Assembly: GCF_009914755.1 (NCBI RefSeq)
Contig: NC_060938.1
DNA length: 64,000 bases
Direction: 5' to 3' (one strand)
Source of the DNA: the human T2T-CHM13v2.0 reference genome, Homo sapiens
In this document: positions 50,887-64,000 of the stretch, in pieces
How the letters are laid out: each line of letters starts with the position of its first letter
How positions within the stretch are numbered: the first letter of the stretch is position 1
Notes under the pieces: model-generated
Told to the model about the DNA's origin: nothing
The model's database searches: none
What the model saw: the letters and a program-made list of their open reading frames with translations, nothing else
Made by a program: the position numbers and the translations under genes

Positions 50887-52127
50887 TTAATTGATTGTTC
50901 TATTTGCAGAGGGAAAGAAGCCAACACGACTTGCCCTTACCTCTAGAGAAGAGTTATTTGTGTAATATCTATCATTTAAAATATTCTCAGTGCCTGTGAT
51001 AACTTTTATACTCTTTTTTTCAATCTGTTATTTACCACTCACTTCAACTTTAGCAGTTCATCAATTCCTAACATTTTATTTCCTCCCTTAAAATCATAAC
51101 ACTCTGACTTCAGCCATTGTGTAAATGCTGTTATAGTCTGAGCTCAAGAGGAGAACTGAATAATAGGTTTTGAGTTCCAAGGAAATGGCTTCCAGAGCTT
51201 AAAAAAAAATTCACAGTTTAGCAATAGGACATTTATGATAGCCATGCATAATAACAAAATATTTTTTTGCAATGGAATCCTTTTTTAAATGAGTAACTTT
51301 ACAGAAATTACATTACCTACCTGCAAGATGCAAAAGATTGCTTAAATTGGCCCTATAATTTCAATGGGCTTTAAATGCAGTGGAAGGAAGAAGGTGTTAT
51401 ACATTCTCTCCTCATTCTTATTATCTGTAGGTTTGCTAAAATAAAGTAGTTTTGAAGTTTAAATGGGCTTCTTTTAGTTCACCAGAATTTTATGCTTGTC
51501 TAAAGGTAATAAGAACTTAAAGGTAATTGCTACTTAATATTAGAACAAAAGAAATATAAAACACACAAATACAATCTGGCTTTGCTATTTCCACGTAACA
51601 GTGCTTTCAGAATGCAATTAAGCTCTTTCATTTTAGAGACAAAGATACTCAGAAAAGCATTTGGAGTATCAGCAACCAGATCTACCAATCACGGTTTTTA
51701 TTGCGTCATCTACAGTGAGCATAGCTGTTATTAAGAACAAATCTTTGAAATTATTTGCATCACACACTAATAATCATTGCCAAATAACCTATCCATAAAT
51801 CAGTATCAAAATCGAATCTCATTTTTCTAAAACAGCAAAGAATCAGGAAGTATGCTAAAGAAAAGCCTCAGAGTAGCCAAAATAGATGTCCAAAGATCAT
51901 GTACTAACGCTACATAACCATCCTGTGAGATCTTTATCCACATATCAGCTAAAGTTAGAACAACCTTGGTTCAAATCTGTGTTCCTCCACTTAGTAGCTG
52001 AGTGACTTGGACCACATTGCTTAATCTCTCTGAATCTCAGTTTCCATATAAACTGGGATTCTAATTGTTACCTTATAAGCTTGTTGTAAGACTTAAATGA
52101 AATAATTAATGTGATACATAGATGTTA

Positions 52128-52487
<360 letters not shown>

Positions 52488-53109
52488 CTAACAATATAAC
52501 TATTGCTACTATTCTCTGGTTCTCAAACCTAAAACCAGCTTTAATGGTCAAGATGATAGCAATCTCGCATTACAGGGTGCCACAGGAAAAAAAAAATTGG
52601 GAAGGAATAAAAAAACAGAAACAAGAACTATAGAAACATAGCAATGTGGGGTTATGGTTTATGGGTGAAAACAACCCATAGTACTCTTGTGACCTAACAT
52701 CACTGTATTACAGCAGAGTAGTACACATTAATAATGATGGCTATAAATCATCAAAAGAAGTCAGTGTCACTGTATTATTGCAAAAGGTAAAGAGTGAGAG
52801 ATCTATTTTTGAAAGATCAACCTCCAAAAAGAGTAAAAATAAAACAATGTGAGTGCTTAAAAGGTTAATATTTCATCTGTATGAAAAAAGTATGCCCTAA
52901 GAATTCTGCATTGCTTAAGGTTCATTAATATAATGAGATTTATTAGCTAAAATTCTATATAAAGGGTAATTAATAGAAAAAAAAAACACTATTCTCAACT
53001 GCCCACTCTATGCCACTCACTCCTTCCACCCCACCTCCTATGATAAGAGTTCATGTCAAAATCTTGAGGAAGTGTAATTTGAGAATATTTTTAAATTACT
53101 ATTAATTGT

Positions 53110-53431
<322 letters not shown>

Positions 53432-53626
53432 CTAGTCATGATATTTTATTTATTTTGATATTTCAAAAATAATGTCTTGATAAGAGGGAAGTGTTTATGT
53501 CTATGCTAAGGATAGTTTTAAAAGGCTAATACAGAAGGAGCAGGATTGAAAGAAAAAGGTTAAAAAATACTCATTTTGAACAATAGGCAACTGTCTGATA
53601 GACATATTATCAGGTAATCTGCTTTC

Positions 53627-53928
<302 letters not shown>

Positions 53929-54255
53929 TAAGAATGATTGTTGTAAATCGCCAGCAAAAGTAGTATAAACATTATTAACTAGAGGGGTGGGAAAACTTGG
54001 AAACTCCAAGATTTGGAGTACATTTCTATGGCACTGGCAAGAAAAAAAAAAAAAGTAAGTAGTTTTCTTTAAACCAGAAAGTGTGGTTACTTGAAAACAG
54101 GAAATACTAAAAACAAACTTATTTAAGTGTCTGTGGAATACTTCAGAGTATAAAGATGTAAAGGCAAGTCAACAGAAAAGTGTTTTTTATATGATAAGTG
54201 TATGGATTACAAAAACACTGGAGTACTTAATGTATTCATCATATTGCTTAGCAAT

Positions 54256-54262
54256 CACTAAC
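54256..54262 (+). promoter_or_regulatory. Consensus branch point CACTAAC for the 54286 exon
   Basis: Near-perfect branch consensus; the branch A (54261) lies 24 nt upstream of the end of the AG, followed by a pyrimidine tract. Confidence 0.75.
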
Positions 54263-54285
54263 AAGTGACTCTTTTTTTCTTCTAG

Positions 54286-54350
54286 CTTGCCAACAACATT
54301 TGCAACTTTGGATATTGATGGTGTAAGAAAAATAATCTTTGCACTACCTG
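54286..54350 (+). CDS. GPHN: Gephyrin coding exon, 65 nt: (G)[21 protein letters not shown](G)
   Basis: Acceptor tttcttctag|C; donor CTG|gtaaga; FALPGNP motif completed by the next exon. Confidence 0.98.
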
Positions 54351-54572
54351 GTAAGAATAACAAATTGTTTCCTTTCCTTTTTCTGGAAAAATAGCCAAAA
54401 TTTTTTGGACTTCTCATGTGACCACCTGGTTTGAAATCTGAAAGACCTGGGCTCAAGTCTCAGCTTTTCTAAACGACCAATCACTTAACCTCTCTAGGAA
54501 GTTTCTTCACCTATAAAATAAGACTAATATCTACTTCATAGGGTTGGTGTGAAAGTCAGATTAGATAATATA

Positions 54573-54618
54573 TATCAAAGCACATTCCAAATCCTATCAA
54601 AGCACATTCCAAATCCTA
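54573..54618 (+). repeat. Perfect 22-bp tandem duplication (TATCAAAGCACATTCCAAATCC)x2 within a MIR (~54420-54640)
   Basis: Read directly from the sequence. Confidence 0.95.
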
Positions 54619-55544
54619 AGATGATCATCAAGTGTTAGCTGTCACTAGATCTTTCTGGAGCACCTGCTTTTTCCTTACAGGAAATTGGTCGAAGTTAGCA
54701 GCCGAATACCTCTCATAACCAGAAGTATTGTGCTCTAGAGGCCAAAATGCCTTGAGTCACCCAAGCAAATACCAAATCAAAAAATACAAAGCTGCCTCTG
54801 GTCCTTGCCAGATTTGGGCTGGTTGAGGGGAGGGGGAAGAGGAAAGGCCAGGCTACTGGAACTAGTGCTTCTCAGCCAAATCCTACTCATCATCAGTCTA
54901 CAACTTCCCCACTCCCACCCTTGTCCCAACGTGAGCAGAAACTCACATGTTCAGATTATAGAAAGAGCAAAGCAGGTTCAGTTCACGATGATTTTCAAAT
55001 TCAAATTTTTTGTGATTTGGGGTTATATAAAGTCATGGTGAATCTTGATAAATTTTAAAATAATTTATTGTGCATCTTTTTTTTAACTTTAAAATTATCT
55101 TCTGATCATTCTGTTCAGTTCTCTATTTTTTGGCACAGATTCCTTTAGAAAATAACCTATTTCTTTAAGATTTACAAATCTCATGGCTTTTGGATCTTTG
55201 TTTGTTTTTTAGGTCAAGTATATCTCAAAATGGAAATGTAAAGAAATGGAAGCAGGCAGAAAAATGTTAAACTTTGAAAACATTTTAAGCCCCTATCTAT
55301 AAGCATAAAAGAGATTAGATTTCTATCATGTAGAAAATTTTCAGAGAGAGAACATTTAAGTAAAATAGTCCTCAGAATGTATCTGTAACATGAAACGCCT
55401 TAGGACCTTTCATAATTCCTTGGATGCTCTGATAGCCATTGTATAAAGAAATGTGCTCCTTTTCCTAGCTTCATTTAGCCTGGAAGAGCCTCTTTTGTCT
55501 ACGGAAGATATGACTTAACCTACAGACCATCAGTGATATTATAA

Positions 55545-56135
<591 letters not shown>

Positions 56136-57154
56136 TAGGCCATGCGTTTAAAGCCATCCCTAATCTCGACAAGTTTTAAATCAAAGTTTTGTATATTTAC
56201 TTGTTTTTTTGGACATTTTTAACATTGCTAGAGTGACACATGCTCACTATTGTAAAAATCAGAAAATATAGATAAGCATAAAAAAGTGTTAACCATAATC
56301 CCCCAACACCCACATATGGATAAACCACTATTACAAGTTTTTTATATCAGTCCTTCCAGTCCTTTTTCGTACATAGCAAGACCCTGCCTCTAAAATAATT
56401 AGAGCACTTCATTTTTTATACAGTAATGTTATAAAGTGGTAGTATTACATGGATTTTATAATCCTTGATTTACAATGGCTTTTTTATTTGTTGGTTTGGG
56501 GTTTTTTTGCTTTTCCAGAAAAAAATATTCTATCTACTTGTATTTTGAAGCAAGGGAAAGTAATTGATTCTTTTTAAGAGTCTGCTATTCTGTGGGCAAC
56601 TCATTTTTCCATCGAAACTATTAGTATCACTTGTCACTTTTTGCACCTTAAAAAATCTATTCTTAAGCACTTTTGCAGGTAGAAGAGAATTGGAGGTATG
56701 ATTATAGCTAATAATAGGCTAAACTGACCATTGCCTTTTGACTTGATGATGCAATAAGCAGTGTTTAGCCATGCCAAGGGAACCTAAAAATCTAGTAGCC
56801 CATTCCCCACTCCAGGTTATACATTCATGCTTACATAGAACTGTATAAAAGTATTAAAACAACTGAAATTTTAGAACCAGAAGAGATCTTGAGAATCATG
56901 TAGTCCAAACCTTTCATTTCATAGATGAGTAAAGTTAGACTCAAAAAACTTTGGAACTTGCCAAGATCAGACAGCTTGGTTAGATAATAATGCCACACAA
57001 GAAATCAAATCTGTTATTTACAGCCCAGTGGTTGTTTGCTTCTTCACAGCCCACCCTTCCTCCTTTGAAGTGTACGACACACCTAGATTTCTTCTTGGAG
57101 TGATATAGTGGAATTCCTCAAATTCTTCTCATAACTTTAAAAGAATGTGGTATT

Positions 57155-57525
57155 TGTATTAGTCTGCTCAGGCTGCCATGACAGAATACCATAGACTGGG
57201 TAGCTGAAACAACAGAAATGTATTTTCTTACAGTTCTGGAAGCTGGAAGTCCAAAATCAAGGTGCCAGCAAGGTTGGCTTCTGGTGAGGCCTCTCTCCCT
57301 GGCTTGTAGACAGCAACCTTTTCACTGTGTCTTCACATGATCTTTCCTGTATGTGTGCAGACTCCTGGTGTCTCTTCCTCTTTTTATAAGGGCACCAGTC
57401 CTATTGGATTACGGCCACATCTTTATGACCTTATTTACCTTAATTACCTCCTTAAAGGCCCTATCTCCAAATATAGTCAATCATATTGGAGTTATAGCTT
57501 TATCATATGAATTCAATCCATAACA
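57155..57525. mobile_element. MLT1B-type MaLR solo LTR
   Basis: tgtattagt...taaca ends; perfect 5-bp TSD GTATT. Confidence 0.85.
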
Positions 57526-58049
57526 GTATTCATCTTCAGGTCCTTAAAACACTTCTTAAATCATTTGGTGTTTTTTTTTAATTTAAAGAAATATCCAGGT
57601 AGAGAAGATTATAAATAAGTTTCCTTATGCTTATCTATGTTTTCTCAGTTTGGGAACCAAGCTTGTAATACTATAGTAATTTTTAAATGCTTAAAAAATA
57701 GCAAATAGATATATAAAACTTGTAAACGGCTTTAAAACAAGATTAGTAATGAGTAATCTTGATAATAAGATTAGTAATGGCTTTCAGCTGGCTCTCAGGA
57801 AAGCGGAAATAAATGGCGTTAAACAGCTTCTGGGCAGCAGAATTCTCCATTTTACTGAAAGACGCAAATGTTTACACCCCCTGTGGCATTTAGTTGACTA
57901 TACCTCTGTTCTGGTTGGATTCAAGGTGATTCAGAAGAGGAAAAATAGTGCCTAGTCACTTCCGTCACATTCTGATACCCAAAGATATAGACAGACATAA
58001 TTATTTGGCAAATTGTTACACAGTGTATTATAAATAACTGCTTGGTTGA

Positions 58050-58208
<159 letters not shown>

Positions 58209-58918
58209 TAGGGATATGATTTCCTAACTGTCCAAAATAAACATCTAGAGTTTTCTATTAGTTTTGATGGAAAATGTGATTATATTCTCCCCCTGTGTAC
58301 TAGAAAATGTAGGAGAAAGGGTCCCTTTAATTCTCCTACTTCATGACTTCTAAAGTGAATCATTTTCTCCAGATAGAAGTCCATATACGAGTCCAGAGAG
58401 CACGGCTTAAAAACTTGAGTGATACTTAAGGACAAAACAGTCAATAGGATATATCTGGCTCTACCCTAACACTAGACCTGTCTGGAACAAGGGAGAATTT
58501 TCTTTTCCCCATGCAAACTCAGAGGGACAGCAATTAACCTGCTCACTTTTTCTGTGACTTCAACGATAAATTTTAAACAATTCAGAAGAAGACAAAGGAC
58601 TACAAAGAGACCCTGGTGATTCAGGGAAAGGGTAACCATATTGTTTAGAAGAGAACTGCTAAGGCTGAGAAATATACCATGGTAAAAGTCACCTGGAAAT
58701 TAGGTCTCCTTCTCCACCAACACTAACTTCAATGTGATTTACTACTACTCAACTAATTATGTTATACACTTTCTCTGTGACTAATGAATAATGTTCTTAG
58801 CAGTATAAACTACAGTACCAAACCATTACTTTCCAAGTGTTCCGAAGTAAATTCAAATATGGCAGAATGCTATGATTAGTTGACAGGAAGAGCAAAAAAC
58901 ATAAAAGATAAAATATTA

Positions 58919-59218
<300 letters not shown>

Positions 59219-60191
59219 GATAAAATATTTTAAAAAATTACACTGAGAATACATAGGATAAAAACATTAAAAAAATCTAGGCTTTCAATAGTCTTAACAT
59301 TGACTGTTTAAATGCTAAGAACTTTGTGGACTAGGATATGAAACAATCTCCTTTTCTTAAAATTTCATGAAAAATTTAACTAGAGTTTTTTTCATTAATC
59401 ACAGTGGTAATCAAATTTGAAATTAAGTGGAAAAAGAAATAAAAACCATCCATGAACAAAAAGTATTCTGATCAAGTCAGAAGTCAGAGTCATAAAGCTT
59501 AGATTTAGACAGTCAAACCAATAGTACTGAATTTACTATCTTCATATTTACTAAATTAAGGAAATAAAAATTCACATTATTATAAGAGAGAGAGAAAGAA
59601 GGCTTCCCTTTGACTTTGCAGATCTCTTATGAATTCTTTCACTTATTTCTCATTGTAACATCCACCATCTCTTCTTTAAAACAGACATAGCAGCCATCTA
59701 TTCTGACAACAAAGATGAGATGGTACTTTGTAATCAGACTGATGCTTGATATGTTGTTCCTGATGGTGTCCATTTCCTGTCAGCAAAGGATGTTAAGAAG
59801 TGGTCAAAAAATCAGTCAAATGCCTTTCTCCCACAGCAGTGTCACTGGGACTGCCAGTATGGGTCATCAGTATGCTTGGCTATTTGTTTCTTTTGTTTCT
59901 TAGCTTTCCAAATCATCCCCACATCAGTACTGACACAACTGCCACTTTAAAGCATAAACATATACTTCCTTGAAACGTGATAAGTCTTATCTCTCCTTTC
60001 TGACCATAAAAGATGCAGCTTACACACACCACTTATTACTGTTCTTCAGAATAGATGCCACAGTCATTGCCTTTACCAATGCTTGCTGCTTTCAGGAAGT
60101 GGGAGTCAGTGTTAAATGCTGCTGTTGGTAAATCATACTGTTGGACTCTGATGTGGCCATTCTGTGTGTCAGTGCAGAAAATGTCATCCTT

Positions 60192-60350
60192 GCTAGGCAC
60201 AGTGGCACTCGCCTGTAATCCCTGCTCCTCAGGAGGCTCAGGCAGGAGGATTGCATGAGGCCAAGTGTTTGAGACCAGCCTGGGCAACATAGCAACACCC
60301 TGCCTCTAAAAAAATTAACAAAAAGAAAATGTAAAAAAAAAATGAAAATA
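60192..60350 (+). mobile_element. FLAM
   Basis: Monomer with A tail; TSD aaaatgtcatcctt. Confidence 0.85.
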
Positions 60351-60739
60351 AAATGTCATCCTTTCATATCAAAGCATTCAGAAGAGCATCATTTTAGAAC
60401 AAACATTTCCCTTATTTCCTTGGTCACTTATGGTTGGAGGTGAAAATCTTCTCATTTTCAGTACACAATAAGAAACACTTCCAAAGCATCTGGTAAAGAA
60501 AAAAAAAAAGAAAAAGAAAAAGAAAGGAACACAATCCTAGCAATTCATCAAATAGAATTATTGACCCCGTGTTTCCATGCAAGGACCTTCTATCATGTGT
60601 TTCCTTAATATCCCATTAAAGCACTCTACCACCCTTGTTCTCAGCTTTTTTCGCTAGAAACATACCTGGAGTAACTCCCATTAGTATTAACAACTTATCT
60701 CAAGCAGTGATTAAGAGACAGAAAAGGGGGAAAGCATGT

Positions 60740-63200
60740 TCTAGAGGATAGCCAACTATAAGTCCCTCATGCCCATCCCCCCCTCACAAACACAGCCAGA
60801 ACAATGAATAAATAACTGCATTTTAATGAAAAAAAACTGAAGAAGAGCAGCAGAGTGTATCCGTGGAGTAACAGAAACCCTGGTGAGCACAGAAACTCAG
60901 GATGGTCACATCGAGAACAGAAGGAAACACCAGGCCTCCACCATCGCATCCCCCAGCTGGATCAGCTGGGAACCAGGAAGAACTCCCTTGGCAAGGAATT
61001 AAGCAGAGGATCCCAGCAACCCCCATCAACACTTTGGACACCTACAGACCTCACAATGGGAAACCCTGCAGCCCTCACAAGCATGAAGCCCAGCTGAAGG
61101 AACTGCCTGGAGTCCACAGAGCTATGCTCCCCCCAGTAAAGGAGTCAACGCTATGCTCCAACCTCTGTGGCCTGTGCAACTACTGCACTACACCATGTTG
61201 GAATTGGAACTATGGCTAGAGTTTTTCTTGCTCTGGGAGCAAGTAGTCACAGCACCCCTTCATCCCCAATGCTACCCCAACACTGTGGCCTAACATCCAC
61301 AGGCTGAGATGCAAGCAGCTGTTACAACTTTCCCAGTGGAGCCAAATAGAGGTGGAGCTACTCCACCCAGCCCGCCGCCCGCCGCATCCCCCTCAGCCAG
61401 AGCTAAAGCCATATACGGCCTCCTAGGAAAACAGTATCTTGGCTGCTCAGAGCAGTCATGCATCCCTAAGTTCAGTCATGTACTAGCCTAAGTTGAGCCA
61501 GCACCCAGCATCCCAGGAAATGATGCTTTTGCTGCCCAAAGTAATCATGCACTCTAGTACCTAAGCTAAAGCAGCACCCTCTATCCCAGAGAAAAAGTGC
61601 CAGAGCCACCCAGAACAGCCATGTCCCCAGGGCCTGAGCTGAAGCAGCACATAGTCCCTAGGTGCCCTGGCTGAACTGAGCAGCTGGGCATCCAGAACTA
61701 TGCCGATGTAGTACCCACAACCCAGGGAAACAGAGCAGTGGCTGAGCTGAGACACCTCATCCTACAGGTCAAACAACTTCCTACTCTCCTTTCCTGAAGC
61801 TAGACTACCCCCCTAGTGTCTGAGCAGCTGAGAAACACCTCTTCCTAGGAAGTGCAGTCATTGCTATGCTATTTATTGCCCCCACCCCAGGGCCCAAATG
61901 ACAGCAGTGCTCCACCAGTCTGGATTACTTATTGCTGCTGCACCTGGCTGCACAAAGTCTGGGATTCTACCAAGCCCCACCAGCACAGGGTCTGCAGTCA
62001 CTACTACATGCTGCCTCATCCCCTGGGACCTAGGTTGCCACTAAGCCCTATTGACTCAGGTTCCTAGATAGCAACAATAGCCTACTCCCCAGCCCCAAAC
62101 GTCCAGGGGCAACCCTTCTTCTCTGGAGTCAGGCCAGAGCTGTGCCCTGCCCGCCAGGGGCAGAATCATAGCTACAACTCAGCCACCTGAACCCAAGCTG
62201 CTAAGGGGTACCCAAAGTCACAGACCCTGGCTCTGTGGACAACCTACACTCAAAACTACCACAGGAAAAAAACAAGCACCCCAAGACCCAGGTGCCACAA
62301 TGGGTTCACAAGACCCTTAGCCTAGGACCCTGGCCCCACATCCACTCTAAGCACCTGTACCAGGAACCCGGTGCTGCAGTAGGCCTTCTTGAAGGCCATG
62401 TCAGATTTGACACAAAGAGGGATCTCCCTAGGCTATATCTTCCCATTGTGGAGAAAATAAGAATAAGGAAGACACTAAAAGCCCTTAACACTGAATATTA
62501 GCAAACTATGCCACCACCACCACCACTTCCACAAACTTCTGTGGACTACGTAACTGAGGCACCCACAGTTACTGCTCGCCCTGAAAGCACCTGAAGATGC
62601 TGCATGGAAACTATACCACTATACCTATTGAAAAAGTCACCACACCCTTCCCAGCTGGCACACTAAAACCCAACTGCAAATGAAAGACTTTTTCTATGGA
62701 AACCAGAAAGATTGGAAGAAAGAATAGTTCTACCAGGTGCACAGATTCATGCAGGCTTACAAGAAACACAAAAAAGCAAGCAAATATAACACCGCCAAAG
62801 GAACATAATGGGTCTCTAGTAACAGACCCAAATGAAAAGAAAATCAATGACCTGCTGGAAAATAAATGCAAAGTAATTATCTGAAGGAAATTCAATGAGA
62901 TATAATAAAAAATATATACAGACAAGTCAACAGAATCAGGAAAACAATTTATGATATAAATGAGAAATTCAGCAGAGTTAGGAATCATAAAAAAAAACAG
63001 AAATCCTACAGTTGAAGAATTCAATAAATGAAATAAAAATGCAATAGAGAGCTTCAATAACAGACTTTGTCAGGCCGAAGACTTTCTGAACTTGAAGATA
63101 GGTCATTTGAAATTACCCACTCTGAAGGGGAAAAAAAGAAATAACAATGAAAAAGAATGAAGAAGGCCTGTAAGACTTACGAGCCATCATTAAGTCAACA
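60740..63200 (+). mobile_element. Old L1 (L1M/L1MA-type) 5'UTR and ORF1 N-terminal remnant
   Basis: GC-rich 5'UTR with internal repeats, then ORF1p-like KKQANITPPKEHNGSLVTDPNEKKINDL and a coiled-coil region. Confidence 0.8.
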
Positions 63201-63202
63201 AA

Positions 63203-64000
63203 TTTTTTTATTATACTTTAACTTCTGGGGTACATGTGCACAACGTGCAGGTTTGTTACATAGGTATACATGTGCCATGTTGGTTTCCTGCACCCATCAA
63301 CTCGTCATTTACATTGGGTATTTTTCCTAATGCTATTCCTCCCCCAGCCCCCCACCCCACAACCCCCCGACAGGCCCCAGTGTGTGATGTTCCCCTCCCT
63401 GTGTCCGTGTGTTCTCATTGTTCAACTCCCACTTATGAGTGAGAACACACGGTGTTTGGTTTTCTGTCCTTGTGCTAGTTTGCTGAGAATGATGGTTTCC
63501 AGCTTAATCCATGTCCATGCAAAGGACATGAACTCATCCATTTTTATGGCTGCATAGTATTCCATGGTGTATATGTGCCACATTTTCTTTATCCAGTCTA
63601 TTATTGATGGACATTTGGGTTGGTTCCAAGTCTTTGCTGCTGTGAATAGTGTCGCGATAAACATACATGTGCATGTGTCTTTATAGTAGAATAATCTATA
63701 ATCCTTTGGGTATATACCCAGTAATGGGATGGCTGGGTCAAATGGTATTTCTAGTTCTAGATCCTTGAGGAATCTCCACACTGTCTTCCACAATGGTTGA
63801 ACTAATTTACACTCCCACCAACAGTGTAAAAGTGTTCCTATTTCTCCACATCCTCTCCAGCATCTGTTGTTTCCTGACTTTTTATGATCACCATTCTAAC
63901 TGCCATGAGGTGATATCTCATTGTGGTTTTGATTTGCACTTCTCTAATGACCAGTCATGGTGAGCATTTTTTCATATGTCTATTGGCTGTAATAAATACC
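63203..64000 (-). mobile_element. L1PA (about PA7) 3' end, antisense, inserted into the older L1; runs off the window
   Basis: ORF 63422..63793 (-) is the ORF2p C-terminus ending SLISGS; L1PA 3'UTR and T tail. Confidence 0.9.

Noticed and set aside
56370-56398. Isolated ~28-nt Alu-like fragment acatagcaagaccctgcctctaaaa
   Set aside because: No TSD and too short to interpret; a probable remnant.

Overview
This is human genomic DNA: an interior, 3'-half segment of the gephyrin gene (GPHN) on the + strand. Seven GT-AG exons (982-1040, 2139-2292, 11377-11498, 32483-32570, 48538-48611, 54286-54350, 58057-58160) splice into one uninterrupted 666-nt, 222-codon frame. It encodes the middle of the MoeA-like E domain ([20 protein letters not shown]...[10 protein letters not shown]...[36 protein letters not shown]). 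The other ~99% is AT-rich intron containing about 40 Alu/FLAM/FAM elements, several L1 fragments, L2/MIR, LTRs and hAT DNA-transposon fossils; nearly all listed ORFs are repeat artefacts. I find no evidence for a new multi-gene system. The best leads are: a near-consensus AluYa8 with source-element features (39284-39596); candidate cryptic GPHN exons (3915-4016 poison; 35016-35087 in frame); a 33-nt TSD-flanked micro-retroinsertion (21588-21620); an old local duplication with an identical 24-nt core (54.9/55.7 kb); and several abutting inverted-Alu structures. Repeat subfamily names come from recalled consensus features, and most repeat boundaries are approximate.
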